Below, one piece after another: positions 18,952 through 30,193 of a stretch of DNA of 64,000 nucleotides. A program made the translations under genes and the position numbers. The notes under the pieces are model-generated. The model made no database searches and had not been told where the DNA came from. It was given only the letters and a program-made list of their open reading frames with translations. Positions within the stretch are counted from its first letter, which is position 1. Every line of letters begins with the position of its first letter. Source of the DNA: Anaerolineae bacterium (GTDB lineage Bacteria; Chloroflexota; Anaerolineae; Anaerolineales; UBA4823); contig QOQU01000008.1 in the NCBI GenBank assembly GCA_003327455.1, forward strand, positions 68,661 through 132,660, read 5' to 3'.

Positions 18952-21006
18952 ATGAAAATCAAAACCGTCATCTCTACAGTTTTTATGGCGATCCTTCTGG
19001 GCACGACAATTTTAATCCTTAAGCCAGCGCCGATGTTCGCTCAAGAGACATCCCCTTTGCTGTATCTGCCGCTCATCCTGCAAGCCCGCTCTTCGCCGAC
19101 CCCACCGCCTGCCCAAAGTATAGACTGGTATCAACACGCTGCGGATGCCCAACGCACCAGTTACCAGCCTGAGGCGTTTCCTACCCCCTGGCGCTGGAAG
19201 TGGGCCTGGAATGGGCCAAACTCCTATGGCGGAATTACTAGTGGAAAATTCGGCTTACCCCGCAACAGCCAACCGGTTGTGGGCGGTGGAAGAGTGTATA
19301 TTGCTGCCGGTGCTCAGGGCGTTTTTGCGCTTGACAATGCAAATGGTTCAGTGATTTGGAATCGGACGGATCTTGGTATCATCAACTCCACCCCTGCTTT
19401 CGATCCCACCACCCAGGCGCTGTTTGTTCTGAGTAGCAACGGCACACTGTACAAACTGAATTCTCAAAACGGCAGCACCCTTTCTAGCTTCGCAACCTCG
19501 TATAGCAGCAACCTGCCTCTGCCTCCCGCGATTGCAGAGGGACGAGTCTTCTTCTCGATGGGCAGGTACGTCTATGCGCTTGATACAAACACATTGTCCC
19601 AACTCTGGAGATATGACGCTGCCTCGCCAGTAGACACTCCGCCCGCTTATTCTGCTACGCGAGACCTCGTCATTGTTGCCAGTCGAGACCTCTATGTACA
19701 CGCCATTGACAATAAGACCGGTTCTCAAAAATGGCGCGTCAAACATACCTCTCTCGATCCGGGCGACCCGGGCTCCAGTGATTCGAACGATTATGCCGAA
19801 GTAAGCCGAGGCTAGCCGGTCATTGCCGATCAGATCGGCATTGTCCTGATCAAGTTGCGCTTGGACTGGCAAACCCTATGGGAGTGGAATCCTGCTATCC
19901 TGACCAACAATCTTGCGATGCGCCAGCACCTGCAAAACCATCCCGACCAAAAAGCCCTGCTTGCCATTGATCTCGACAACGGTCAGGAAGCCTTCATTGC
20001 TCATGTCCCTCACGCTGGTTTCGGCGATGGAGGTTACATGCCAATGGGTCCTCTACCGGTCATTAAAACATTCCCTGACGGAAAGCAAATCGCCTATGTG
20101 GTCATGCGAGGTGGCCCTTGTAAGCAAGATCCCTGCGACAGTCGGTGGGACTCACATCTCGGTGAAATGATGCTCGATGACCAGACCATCAGCAGCCTGC
20201 AAGCAGGGTACGTTCGATATATGCAAAACACCTTTTTCCCAAGCGATGAACAGGCTTTTCTCTCCATGGCTGGCGATCAAATCTTTGCTGCCCACTGGGA
20301 AGCTGGCATCGCCCATCTCATTCAAGACCGCTCGGCCTCACGTGGCAGTGGCACAAATCCGATAACGGTCAGTAATCTTCCCCATATCGCCACTTCTCAA
20401 GACAATGATGTTTGCGGTAGCAATTTTCTCAATACGCATTACTGTGAAACCGGCTTAGCAAATACCCGAAACTGGCCGGGCGGCTTTTATATCTACTGGC
20501 AACAAGGCGCTGTGTATGACCGGTATTGGAGCGAATATGCCCAGTGGGTGATCAGCCGCGACACGCTCTATTTTGTCAGCACCGACGGCGCGGTCGTCGC
20601 CCTGACCAGCGGCAACCCTCAGAGCAACGCCAGTTCCAGGGTGCTGATCCAGGCTCAGCCCGCTCCGGCAACCTCTACCTCCGCCCGCCAGCCAGAGGGC
20701 ATCCTCGCTCACAGCCAGGCGCGCGCCTGGGCTGGCTCAACCGCCACGGTCAGCGGCAGGCTCGAATACGTCTTCAACAACGGCAAACAGGTGTTGCTGG
20801 GCTTTTCTAACCCGCATCAGGGCAGTTTCAAGATCATCATCCGCAAAGAAGCCTGGCATAATTTCCCCAAACCGCCAGAGCAGATGTACACTGTCGGACA
20901 AGCGGTGCTGGTCACGGGGAAAATTGAGTGGTATCAGGGTGACCCGGTCATCTATGCCACGTCGCCTCAGCAGATCATTATCCAAGCCTCCCATGCTGGC
21001 AGATGA
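18952..21006 (+). pseudogene. Secreted PQQ-like beta-propeller protein with OB-like C-terminal domain, interrupted by a single in-frame TAG at 19813-19815
   Basis: Track ORFs 18952..19815 and 19855..21006 are in the same frame. The only stop between them is the TAG, and the second ORF has only a TTG start and no SD. The paralogue downstream reads [14 protein letters not shown] where this gene reads VSRG*PVIADQIGIV. Confidence 0.7.
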
Positions 21007-21074
21007 GCCTGATAGGGAATGAACATAGTTTTCTACTGTCAGATTGTAGGTTGGACTGCAAGAGAAAAAATACC

Positions 21075-23978
21075 ATGGAGAGTTCACTTACTCGAAAACC
21101 CTTCTTTGCCTTGTGTCTGATGGCGCTCCTGCTGATCACCCTTGCAGTCAGCGGATATCCCGGATTTGGCGTTCCACAAACCGCTGCGCTGATGTACGCA
21201 TCCGCCGCAGCGGCAAAACCCTCAGCGCGGGCAGAAACAACCTCACCTCAAGCCGCCACTTCTGCGCTGGCTGACGCCGACTGGCCGCAACTGGGACGCG
21301 ACCCCCAACGCAGTAACTATTCCCCTCAGCAGGTCAATCCACCCTATTGCTATATCTGGAAATGGTACGAAGTGCCCTTTGCTTCTCGCGCCCAGCCGGT
21401 GGTTGCCGCAGGGCGGCTGTTTATCGGCGGCATGGATGGTGTGTTATATGCCCGAAACGCCAGCACGGGGGCACATCTCTGGACTTTCCCTGGCGATGGC
21501 AGCCCAATCCGTCACTCGGCTGGCGTGGCTGGCGACCTGGTGGTCTTCAGCACGCATCAGGGGAACACCTTTGCGCTCAGTGCCACCACAGGGGCTTTGC
21601 GCTGGCAACGCCTGACCGGACGCAGCGCAACCGCGCCGCTGATTGACACCAGCCGCAATCGCGTCATCGTTGCTTCTACCGATGGACGGCTGAGCGCCTT
21701 AGACCTGAACAACGGCAATTTGGTGTGGCAATACGACTCGGGCGCGCCCATCCTGACCACCCCCTCCATGAGCCACGACGGAAGGCTGATCTTCGCCGGC
21801 AACGAAGCGATTTATGCCTTCGCCGTGAACGCCGAGACAGGCGTCGAAGTATGGAGAACCCGTCTCTACGGCCAGAGTCTGAGCGAACGCTATCCGGTAG
21901 TACTCCCGGACTCCGTGATCTACCGCTCGCAACCCGTCTATTCCCTGTGGCAACTGCTGCACGAGGGAGATGATGTATTGGACTCAGGTGGAACCATCAG
22001 GACGGACTGGGATGAGGACTGGCAAGCAGTCAAGGGGCATATCCTCAACTACCTGAGCGCCAATCCCCACAAGCAGACTTTCTTTGTCCTGAACAGCGCA
22101 AACGGTCAAAGTCGTGGGGTAGCCCCGGTGCTTCTCACCTTTGGGAACAGCGATGTACCCTCCATGCCGGTCGTCCGCCAGGGCAACTCGAATCAAGTAT
22201 ATGTGATGTATCGCCCCCGGCAGGGCATCCAGACTACCGGCGGCTCGATTCACGTGTCGACGCGCTACGATGCCGAGCTGGGCCTGCTCGATACGCGCCA
22301 ACTGGATCAAATTCGCGGTCTGCGAACAGCCGCTTATCCCAGCTCCCGCTTCAACTATGAATTTCGCCTGACCTCTGACGAACCGGCTGTCTTGACCATG
22401 GGGGGCAACCTCCTGTTGGTCGAAAGCTGGGAGCGCCTGGGCGGCATCAACCTGAGCGATGAAATTCGGGGAGAGTTAGTGCATCTCGGTAACGTCTCCA
22501 ACGTCTGGCCCGAGTGTGGAGGCGGAACCGGCTGCGGGCCCGATGGTCCGAACCCTTTCTTTCCGCTCAGTGGCAACCCTGCTGATCCCGCTTACCCCTT
22601 TCCATCTCCCCGTGTGGGGGAAGGAGCTTCCCTCTCTGGGGCGGTCATCGCCAACAACATGATTTACTGGCGGGTTATCGAAGGGGGGCTGGCTGGAATC
22701 GCACATCGTTCTGGCTCAAGCTGCCCAAACCCCATTGTCTACACCAACACGCCCAACACGCCCGACCAGCCCTCACCAGCGATCCTGCCCTCAAGCTCCA
22801 ACCGCCCGCTTGCCGAATACGTGACCTTAGACCTGACAAACCCACAGCCAAATCCGCCGCCCGATCTGGTGCAACGCCTGCGAGACGAAGTGCGTACTCT
22901 GATCGCCCTCAAGCCTTACCCGATGCCCTATTATTTCGAGCGCGGCATGAACAACCCGGCCATGTGGCCACACAACTCAACCCAGCCGCCCGACCCACCT
23001 GCGGTAACTTACGGCAGTTATGGCTCTGCCGTCTGGCATGACTCTGGAGAACTGGTGCTCAGCCTGGCAATGGCTTATCCCTATCTGGATGATGACTTGA
23101 AAAGGGAGGTGCGGGCTTATGTATCTGCGGTCATTGCTCGCTATCCGCCCTGGGAAAATATGCCCTATGGTGGCGACTGGCTGAAGAATAGCGCAGCCCG
23201 AGAAATTTACCCCATGCCGCCAGAAATCCGTAACAATCTCAACAACTGGCCACCCCCAGCTGCCAGTCCAATCTCGCTCTATGCGGTGTGGTTATGGGCA
23301 AAAAACAGCGGCGACTGGGCTCTGGTACGCGACAACTGGAATGCCCTGACGGCGCTATACAACGCGCGGCGCAATAATCTGACGTATTACGCCGATATCG
23401 GCGGCCTCATTGGCTATGCCCGCATGGCCCGTCAAATCTTCGGCGAAACCGACCCCCGCTATACCCAGGCTGTGCAGGACGCAGTCGGCGCCCTCACGGC
23501 CGGGAAAAATATCCAATCCTATATCGACTATGCCAAATCCCGTGATCAGTACTGGATCCCGCGCGATCAGCAGCCCGAATGGGGAACGTTCCAGGGGTGG
23601 TATGTGCCGGTTTTCTTCGGCATCCAGCCAGAGATTGGGCTCTATCTGCGCGAACAAACAGAAGGAAAGGCAGCCGAGCACTTGCTCTCGCGCGAGAGCG
23701 GCGATGGTCTGCGCTGGTGGTACCTCACGCGAGCTGGCATTCACGCTGAGGAGGGAGAAAGCGCCTTTGTGGCGCCGCAAGCCGCCTGGTCGCACTTTAT
23801 GGCGCATGCCTACATTCTCGGCCAGCCGCGCAGTCAATTGCGCCGCTGGCTGGATCGTCCATGGGGCAAGGGCGATTTATACTCAATCCAGAAGATCGTC
23901 GCCACCCTCCAGGCATACGATGATGAACATCTCCTGCCGCGCTTCTGGTTGCCCTTGATCCTGCTTTCCCGCCCATAG
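21075..23978 (+). CDS. Large secreted protein: PQQ-like beta-propeller N-domain + helical (alpha/alpha-toroid-like) C-domain
   Basis: Start at the internal ATG ([25 protein letters not shown]). Repeated G.LYA....G...W propeller blades are visible. The C-terminal half is Trp/Tyr-rich and helical, ending ...[12 protein letters not shown]. Confidence 0.8.
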   Translation: MESSLTRKPFFALCLMALLLITLAVSGYPGFGVPQTAALMYASAAAAKPSARAETTSPQAATSALADADWPQLGRDPQRSNYSPQQVNPPYCYIWKWYEVPFASRAQPVVAAGRLFIGGMDGVLYARNASTGAHLWTFPGDGSPIRHSAGVAGDLVVFSTHQGNTFALSATTGALRWQRLTGRSATAPLIDTSRNRVIVASTDGRLSALDLNNGNLVWQYDSGAPILTTPSMSHDGRLIFAGNEAIYAFAVNAETGVEVWRTRLYGQSLSERYPVVLPDSVIYRSQPVYSLWQLLHEGDDVLDSGGTIRTDWDEDWQAVKGHILNYLSANPHKQTFFVLNSANGQSRGVAPVLLTFGNSDVPSMPVVRQGNSNQVYVMYRPRQGIQTTGGSIHVSTRYDAELGLLDTRQLDQIRGLRTAAYPSSRFNYEFRLTSDEPAVLTMGGNLLLVESWERLGGINLSDEIRGELVHLGNVSNVWPECGGGTGCGPDGPNPFFPLSGNPADPAYPFPSPRVGEGASLSGAVIANNMIYWRVIEGGLAGIAHRSGSSCPNPIVYTNTPNTPDQPSPAILPSSSNRPLAEYVTLDLTNPQPNPPPDLVQRLRDEVRTLIALKPYPMPYYFERGMNNPAMWPHNSTQPPDPPAVTYGSYGSAVWHDSGELVLSLAMAYPYLDDDLKREVRAYVSAVIARYPPWENMPYGGDWLKNSAAREIYPMPPEIRNNLNNWPPPAASPISLYAVWLWAKNSGDWALVRDNWNALTALYNARRNNLTYYADIGGLIGYARMARQIFGETDPRYTQAVQDAVGALTAGKNIQSYIDYAKSRDQYWIPRDQQPEWGTFQGWYVPVFFGIQPEIGLYLREQTEGKAAEHLLSRESGDGLRWWYLTRAGIHAEEGESAFVAPQAAWSHFMAHAYILGQPRSQLRRWLDRPWGKGDLYSIQKIVATLQAYDDEHLLPRFWLPLILLSRP

Positions 23979-23990
23979 GAGGAAAAGGAA

Positions 23991-25418
23991 ATGAAAACGC
24001 ATCTATTCCGTCTTTTTACGCTTTCCGTCCTGTTCGCTTTGCTCTCCTCGCCGCCCGCTGCTTCGCAAGGGGCAGGCAGGCAGGACTCGCCACTTCTCTA
24101 TCTGCCTGTAGTCATAAAAGGCACACCGCCAGACCATTTGCCGCGCATTAATGCCCCGGACTTTGGCAGCCAGGCAATTGCATTTGAACAAACTGCGATC
24201 GCCTGGTTCGGGCAACTTTCCCCTGAAAGGAACTACACCGACCTGCGCGTTGGGTACAATCACCAGCACCTCTATCTTTATCTGGCAATCTTCGACCGAC
24301 GCTTGTGGTACGATGAAAATCCGTCTCCATCCAGGTTGACCGAATGGGACGCCGCGACCCTGCTCCTGGATACCGCTGCGAACGACAACTTGAGTTCGAC
24401 CTCCTATCGCTTTGTTGCCCAACTCTTCGGCGACGAAGACCCGCGTTACCAGGCCGCGTACCGCGGCAGCGCGGCAGGCTGGCAGGCTACCGCAGTTCCT
24501 TTTAGCGCCAAGCCTGGCTGGCGGGGAAATGCTCTGAACGACGATTCCGACAGCGATCGCGGCTGGGCAATGGGCTTCACCATACCGTTCAGCAGTCTGG
24601 GGCTGACAGCTGCCCCACCTTATGGCAGCACCTGGCGGCTGGCAGTCATCGTTCACGACCGCGATTCTCGCGCTGGTGCGCCTATCGGTGATCAATCCTG
24701 GCCGCCGCAAGCCTCGCTCAACGAACCTGACACCTGGGGCTACCTGAACTTTGGGATCCCCTCCTACCAGACCACCGTTCAGCCGAGCCAGGAACCCGTG
24801 GTGATCCGCCGCCCGTTCGAGACAAGCCCCCTGGTGCCAGACGCCGATGTGGGTGGGGCAATTGCCAATCAATGTCCGGGCGATGAATTCCACATCTGGA
24901 ACCAGTGGGCAAACCGCAATTATGGCAAGGCGCCGGATTTCAACATCCAGAATCAATCCGACATTGCCGACTGGCCCTGCTTTGCCAAATATTATGTCAC
25001 CTTCCCCTTAGAGAGCATTCCGCCGAACAAAACGATTGTCTCAGCCAGGCTGATCCTGCATCAGTTTGGCAACGCCGGCGGATCGGGACAAGCAAAACCC
25101 TCTTACATTCAGGTTCTCACCACGCTGGGAGACTGGCAGGAAGATACCATCACCTGGAACAACGCCCCCCTGGCTTATGAAAACTTCGGCGGCAGTTGGG
25201 TGGACCCGATAACCACCTTTCCGGGCTGGCCTGGAGTCAGACGCACCTGGAATGTTTCGGCAGCCGTGGTAAAAGCCTATACGCATGGGCAACCCTTGCG
25301 GCTTGTTTTGTATTCAGCCGACTCAGACTATCACAGCGGCAAATACTTTGTCTCATCAGACACCGGCGATTGGAATCTCGAGGGTCGCCCGACGTTGGAA
25401 GTTGAATGGGGCAATTAG
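23991..25418 (+). CDS. Secreted protein with CBM9-like sugar-binding domain and C-terminal DNRLRE-type domain
   Basis: Signal peptide followed by LLYLPVVIKG. The central region resembles CBM9/DOMON-type binding domains. The C-terminal stretch SARLILHQFGNAGG...WQEDTITWNNAP is typical of DNRLRE domains. Confidence 0.7.
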   Translation: MKTHLFRLFTLSVLFALLSSPPAASQGAGRQDSPLLYLPVVIKGTPPDHLPRINAPDFGSQAIAFEQTAIAWFGQLSPERNYTDLRVGYNHQHLYLYLAIFDRRLWYDENPSPSRLTEWDAATLLLDTAANDNLSSTSYRFVAQLFGDEDPRYQAAYRGSAAGWQATAVPFSAKPGWRGNALNDDSDSDRGWAMGFTIPFSSLGLTAAPPYGSTWRLAVIVHDRDSRAGAPIGDQSWPPQASLNEPDTWGYLNFGIPSYQTTVQPSQEPVVIRRPFETSPLVPDADVGGAIANQCPGDEFHIWNQWANRNYGKAPDFNIQNQSDIADWPCFAKYYVTFPLESIPPNKTIVSARLILHQFGNAGGSGQAKPSYIQVLTTLGDWQEDTITWNNAPLAYENFGGSWVDPITTFPGWPGVRRTWNVSAAVVKAYTHGQPLRLVLYSADSDYHSGKYFVSSDTGDWNLEGRPTLEVEWGN

Positions 25419-25440
25419 GTGTAATAAGACTCTCCAAAGT

Positions 25441-27000
25441 CTAAGCGGGCTCCTTCGTCATACCCGCCATCATCAGTCCCACCTGCGAGCGTTCTGCCGT
25501 GCGGGCATCCACAACCCCCATCAAACGCCCCTCATAAATCACGGCAATGCGGTCGGAGAGGGCAAAAATTTCATCCAGGTCTTCGGAGATTAACAGGATT
25601 GCTTTGCCATTTTCGCGCTGCTCTAACAGGCGATGATGCACGTATTCGGTGGCGCCGACATCCAGGCCACGCGTCGGTTGATTTGCCAGCAGGAAGACTG
25701 GCTGACGAGAGATCTCACGCGCCAGAACCACCTTCTGGATATTCCCGCCTGAAAGAGCCCGCGCAGGAGTGTCAATATCCGGGGTTTTGATTTCAAACTC
25801 TTTGACCAGTTGGTGGGCAAAACGATCGATTTGCTCTAAATCTAAAAAACCCTTTTGAGAAAGCGGCGGATGATGGTGGTCTTTCAAGATCAGGTTTTCC
25901 GCCACCGAGAATGTCCCAATGGTGCCGACCGTCAGGCGGTCTTCAGGGATGTATCCCAGTCCGGCTTGAATGATTTCGGCTGGCGAACGATTGGTAATCT
26001 CAATGCCGTTTAAGAAAATTTTTCCTTCCCTGACCGGCCTCAGACCGGCAATCGCTTCTGCCAGCTCGCGCTGCCCATTTCCGGATACACCCGCCAGGCC
26101 CAAAATCTCGCCTGCCCTGACCTGGATAGAAAAATCATTTACTGCCAGCAGACGTTGATCGTTCAGAACTTTCAAGTGTTCGATGGAAAGGACGCTTTTC
26201 TCAGCCGGCATCGTCTTGCGTTGATACTCGGTTTCAATCTCCCTGCCAACCATCAGGCGTGCCAGTTCGTGTTCATTTGTTTCAGCCGTGGCTAAGGTCT
26301 TTACGGCTTTGCCACTGCGCAAAACGGTCACGCGCTGACTGATATCCATAACCTCTTTGAGTTTATGGCTGATAAAAATGATGCTGTGCCCGATCTGAAC
26401 CATTTCTTTCAGCACATCAAACAATTCTTTGACCTCGTCGGGGGTCAACACGGCGGTAGGTTCATCCAGGATCAACAGCTCTGCCCCTCGATAGAGAACT
26501 TTCAGGATTTCCACCCGTTGTTGTTCGCCCACGCTGAGTTGCCAGACATAGGCAGAAGGGTCAACGCGCAATCCGTACTTCTCGGACAATTGTATTACTC
26601 GCTCTGTTGCTTCCTTTGTATTCAGCAAAGGACCTCGTCCGGTGGGCAGGCCGAGAATAATGTTCTCCACCACGGTCAGGGTTGGTACGAGCATAAAGTG
26701 CTGGTGGACCATGCCAATCCCCTGGCGCATGGCGTCCTTGGGAGAATGAATCTGCACCACTTCACCGTTAATGCGAATCTCGCCTTCGTCTGGGCGGTAT
26801 AAGCCGTAAAGCACCTTCATCAGGGTGGATTTACCGGCGCCGTTCTCCCCCAACAACGCCAGCACCTCACCGGCGCGCACATCAATACTGACCCGATCGT
26901 TCGCCACCACGCCCGGAAAGCGCTTGGTGATGTTGATCATTTCGAGATGTTGAATGCGCATCAGCCCTTCTCCAATGAGGAGAGGCAGGTCGAAATTCAT
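25441..27000 (-). CDS. ABC transporter ATP-binding protein, duplicated ATPase (BMP/nucleoside-type importer)
   Basis: 519 aa with two NBDs (GENGAGKST; [11 protein letters not shown]; a second LSGGNIQKV). Confidence 0.9.
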   Translation of the reverse strand: MNFDLPLLIGEGLMRIQHLEMINITKRFPGVVANDRVSIDVRAGEVLALLGENGAGKSTLMKVLYGLYRPDEGEIRINGEVVQIHSPKDAMRQGIGMVHQHFMLVPTLTVVENIILGLPTGRGPLLNTKEATERVIQLSEKYGLRVDPSAYVWQLSVGEQQRVEILKVLYRGAELLILDEPTAVLTPDEVKELFDVLKEMVQIGHSIIFISHKLKEVMDISQRVTVLRSGKAVKTLATAETNEHELARLMVGREIETEYQRKTMPAEKSVLSIEHLKVLNDQRLLAVNDFSIQVRAGEILGLAGVSGNGQRELAEAIAGLRPVREGKIFLNGIEITNRSPAEIIQAGLGYIPEDRLTVGTIGTFSVAENLILKDHHHPPLSQKGFLDLEQIDRFAHQLVKEFEIKTPDIDTPARALSGGNIQKVVLAREISRQPVFLLANQPTRGLDVGATEYVHHRLLEQRENGKAILLISEDLDEIFALSDRIAVIYEGRLMGVVDARTAERSQVGLMMAGMTKEPA

Positions 27001-27026
27001 TTCGACCTGCCTCCAATGCTTCGGTT

Positions 27027-28016
27027 TTATTTGGGCAGTTCTACGACTAATTTCCCGTCAATAATGTCTTTCTTGGCCTGTTCGATCAGGGCCATAACGT
27101 CAGCAGGGATGACATTCGAAAGATTCGGATTTACGACGATGTTCAAGCCGCCGTTGGCAAGCGAGAGAGTCAGATGCTCTCCACCGACCTTTCCTTCCTG
27201 GCGGAATTTAACCATTTGCATCACCACGCTTTTCCAGTCATAAGCCTGGGCGGTTAAGACCGTATTGGGAGCGATGGAGGATTGATCCATGTCGTTGCCC
27301 AACCAGTAAACGCCTGGCTTTTCCGAGCAAGCGCGGATCGCACCAACCGTCTGCTGAGCAGTGCCGGTCAGAATGTCGGCGCCTGCGTCAATGTGCGCTT
27401 TTGCCAGTTCCGCAGCCTTAGCAATGTCGCCAAACGAACCGGTATAGGCAATCCGAACTTCGGCATCGGGGTTGACGGCTTTGACACCTTGTTCGAAGCC
27501 GTAGTTGTACTTAATCGCGTCGCCAGCTTCGATCGGTCCTACCACGCCAATGATATTCGTCTTGGTGAGCTTGCCCGCCAGCATCCCCTGCAGGTAAGCC
27601 CCTTCCTGCGCCTGCGGATCGTAGGCAAAAACGTTCTCGCGAGTCTGGAAGCCAGTTCCGTAGGCAAACGACGTCTCGGGGAATTCGGGGGCAATCTCAT
27701 CTAAAACAGACTGGTATTGCGACCCGTGGGCGATGATCAAATCAAACCCTTGCGAGGCGTACTGACGAATCGCAGCCGCCGCATCGGTTGGGTTACCCAA
27801 ACGCTCGCTAATAGCGACTTCAACCTTGTCTTCGCCCAATTCTGCCTGAACGGCTTTGACGCCTTCGGTCATGCCCTGGCTCCACGAGAGATCGTCCACC
27901 GTGCTGGGCAGGATCAGGGCGATGCGGATCTTTTGCGCTTGTTGTTGCCCACCGCAGGCGCTCAACAAAGCACTCAAGACCAGTATAGAGATGATCAGAA
28001 TGGACAGTTTTTTCAT
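27027..28016 (-). CDS. BMP-family (Med/PnrA-like) ABC substrate-binding lipoprotein
   Basis: Lipobox LLSAC. The BMP family pattern is present ([16 protein letters not shown]..., GVVGPIEAG). Confidence 0.88.
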   Translation of the reverse strand: MKKLSILIISILVLSALLSACGGQQQAQKIRIALILPSTVDDLSWSQGMTEGVKAVQAELGEDKVEVAISERLGNPTDAAAAIRQYASQGFDLIIAHGSQYQSVLDEIAPEFPETSFAYGTGFQTRENVFAYDPQAQEGAYLQGMLAGKLTKTNIIGVVGPIEAGDAIKYNYGFEQGVKAVNPDAEVRIAYTGSFGDIAKAAELAKAHIDAGADILTGTAQQTVGAIRACSEKPGVYWLGNDMDQSSIAPNTVLTAQAYDWKSVVMQMVKFRQEGKVGGEHLTLSLANGGLNIVVNPNLSNVIPADVMALIEQAKKDIIDGKLVVELPK

Positions 28017-28043
28017 AGTTTCTTCTCCTCGGAAAATATAAGA

Positions 28044-28979
28044 TTAATCGCCTTCGCGATTGAACGGCTTGCCTAAAGCCGCCGGTCCCCAGATTTGGCG
28101 TGCTGCCACCGTTAAAGCCAGAATGGTCAGCACATAGGGTGCCATGACCGCAAATTCATAGGGAATTTGCAGCCCCAACACCTGCACCCATAACTGCAAG
28201 GCATCCACCAGGCTGAAGAAGAGCGCTCCACCGAGAATGCCCCACGGACTCCAACGCCCGAAGTAAACCAGAGCAACGGCTATGAAACCCCGTCCAGCGC
28301 TGATGTTATCCGCATACATATTGGTATGTCCGAGGGTCAGAAAAGCCCCTGCCAGCGCGGCGGCGATGCTTCCGATCACCAGACAGGTATAACGGATGGC
28401 AACGACACTCAATCCCAGGGTGTCGGCGGCTTCGGGGGTCATCCCGGCACTACGGATTTTCAGTCCCCAGGTGGTCTTGAACAAAACAAACCACGAGACC
28501 GGCACCATTAAGAAGGCAAAGTACACCATCCAGTTATGGTTAAACAGGATTTGACCCAAAATCGGGATGTCGCTCAGGTAGGGAATTGAAATGGGTTGAA
28601 AGCCTTCGATGCCGGTGATATACCCGACCGTGATGCGAAAGAGATACCCCGCCAGGCCTACCCCGAACATATACAAACCGATTCCACTGATGCCCTGTTC
28701 TGCCTGTAAAGTGATGCTGATAAAACCCATCAACAGCCCCATAAAAATGCCCACCGCAATCGCAGCCAGGATTCCCCACCACGGTGATCCACTGCGCAAG
28801 GCTACCCAAAAGCCAACAAACGCCCCCATCATCATAATTCCTTCTACGCCAAGGTTATACACGCCGGCACGCTGATCGAACATCTCCCCCAGGGCTGCCA
28901 GCAGGAACGGAGTCGCCAGGCGAACACCGGTAGTAATAATGCCAACGATGATCGACATTTGCAGGAGTTGATCAATCAC
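28044..28979 (-). CDS. ABC transporter permease (BMP-type system)
   Basis: 311 aa polytopic membrane protein that overlaps the upstream permease gene by 8 nt. Confidence 0.88.
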   Translation of the reverse strand: MIDQLLQMSIIVGIITTGVRLATPFLLAALGEMFDQRAGVYNLGVEGIMMMGAFVGFWVALRSGSPWWGILAAIAVGIFMGLLMGFISITLQAEQGISGIGLYMFGVGLAGYLFRITVGYITGIEGFQPISIPYLSDIPILGQILFNHNWMVYFAFLMVPVSWFVLFKTTWGLKIRSAGMTPEAADTLGLSVVAIRYTCLVIGSIAAALAGAFLTLGHTNMYADNISAGRGFIAVALVYFGRWSPWGILGGALFFSLVDALQLWVQVLGLQIPYEFAVMAPYVLTILALTVAARQIWGPAALGKPFNREGD

Positions 28980-30135
28980 GGGGAGGTTCTCCTTGGTCAG
29001 AAGTTCCGCCGGGAGAGACGGCGACCGGCAAAGCGGGTTGGGGTGTTTTTCGCCGCAACGGTGCAGTTACTTTTTCGACCCACTCGGGACGGCGGATAAA
29101 AATATCCGAACCAACCACAAATAAGACCATAATTCCCTGAATGGTCAACACAATGGCAGCCGGGATTGCCACGGCGCGCTGCATCATATCGGCGCCTAAG
29201 ACCAATGCCCCAAATAAGAAAGACGCTGGAATCAAACCGATGGGATGTAAACGTCCAAACAAGGCTGCCACAATGCCTGTAAACCCATAGCCGGCCGAAA
29301 CACCATCCAACAAACGGTGATGAATACCCAGTACTTCAACGATGCCAGCCAGTCCGGCGAATCCACCGCTCAGCGCCATTGCCAGAATTAAGCCTCCTTC
29401 GACTGGAATGCCAGCGTAGCGAGCCGCCTTTGGACCAGCTCCGACCGCCCGCAGACGGTATCCAACCACTGTCCGCCACAGGAAAATGTAAACCAAAATC
29501 GCCAGCACTATCGCAATAATAAATCCCCAGTGCAAACGGGTTTGAGGAATCAGTTTACCCAGCCAGATACCTCTCGCCAGTTGCTGGGTTTGGGGAAAGC
29601 CTGTTCCATACGCAATTTCGGTCGGGTCAATGAGCGGTCCGCGCAACAAAAAGACCAGCACCTGTTGAGCGATGGCATTGAGCATAATGGTTGAAAGAAT
29701 TTCGTTGACTTTGAAATAGGCGCGCAAAGCCCCCGGAATGGCACCATAGAGAGCGCCTCCAAGAAAGCCAGCCAGCATCGTTAGCGGGAATAAAAGAAAA
29801 GGTGACCAGTTTTGCAAGGTAATCGCTACCACCGTGCCGGCTAAGGCGCCGATAATCATCTGCCCTTCGCCACCGATGTTGAGAATCCCGGAGCGAAAGG
29901 CGATCACAATGCCTAAACCGACCAACATCAAGGGGGTAGCTTTGGCAGCCGTCTCCGTCAGCCCATACAGGCTGCTGAATGGACCGAGAAGCATGGCTCG
30001 GTAAGCGGTAAAAGGATTTGCCCGCACAATCAGGAGCAGGATGGCACCGACCAAAAGGGCGCTGATGACGGCGATGACCAGGATAGCCAGTTGTACTTTG
30101 TACGAGGATTTCATTGACGGAGAAGACCTCTCCAA
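28972..30135 (-). CDS. ABC transporter permease (BMP-type system)
   Basis: 387 aa polytopic membrane protein, first gene of the transporter block. Confidence 0.88.
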   Translation of the reverse strand: MERSSPSMKSSYKVQLAILVIAVISALLVGAILLLIVRANPFTAYRAMLLGPFSSLYGLTETAAKATPLMLVGLGIVIAFRSGILNIGGEGQMIIGALAGTVVAITLQNWSPFLLFPLTMLAGFLGGALYGAIPGALRAYFKVNEILSTIMLNAIAQQVLVFLLRGPLIDPTEIAYGTGFPQTQQLARGIWLGKLIPQTRLHWGFIIAIVLAILVYIFLWRTVVGYRLRAVGAGPKAARYAGIPVEGGLILAMALSGGFAGLAGIVEVLGIHHRLLDGVSAGYGFTGIVAALFGRLHPIGLIPASFLFGALVLGADMMQRAVAIPAAIVLTIQGIMVLFVVGSDIFIRRPEWVEKVTAPLRRKTPQPALPVAVSPGGTSDQGEPPRD

Positions 30136-30193
30136 TTTTATTTGTCAGACAATATTATAAATCCGCTGAGTGTTTTTGTCTAGAGAAAATTGA

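Noticed and set aside
19348-19872. 174-aa minus-strand ORF spanning the TAG interruption
   Set aside because: It lies antisense to a propeller-coding frame that has clear paralogue support on the + strand. It has no SD or domain signature and does not explain the in-frame stop.
24003-24956. 317-aa minus-strand ORF in the track
   Set aside because: It is fully nested antisense within the well-supported CBM9-like/DNRLRE gene. The product is Arg/Gly/Pro-rich and low-complexity, with no SD and no recognisable domain. This is typical of shadow ORFs in GC-biased coding sequence.
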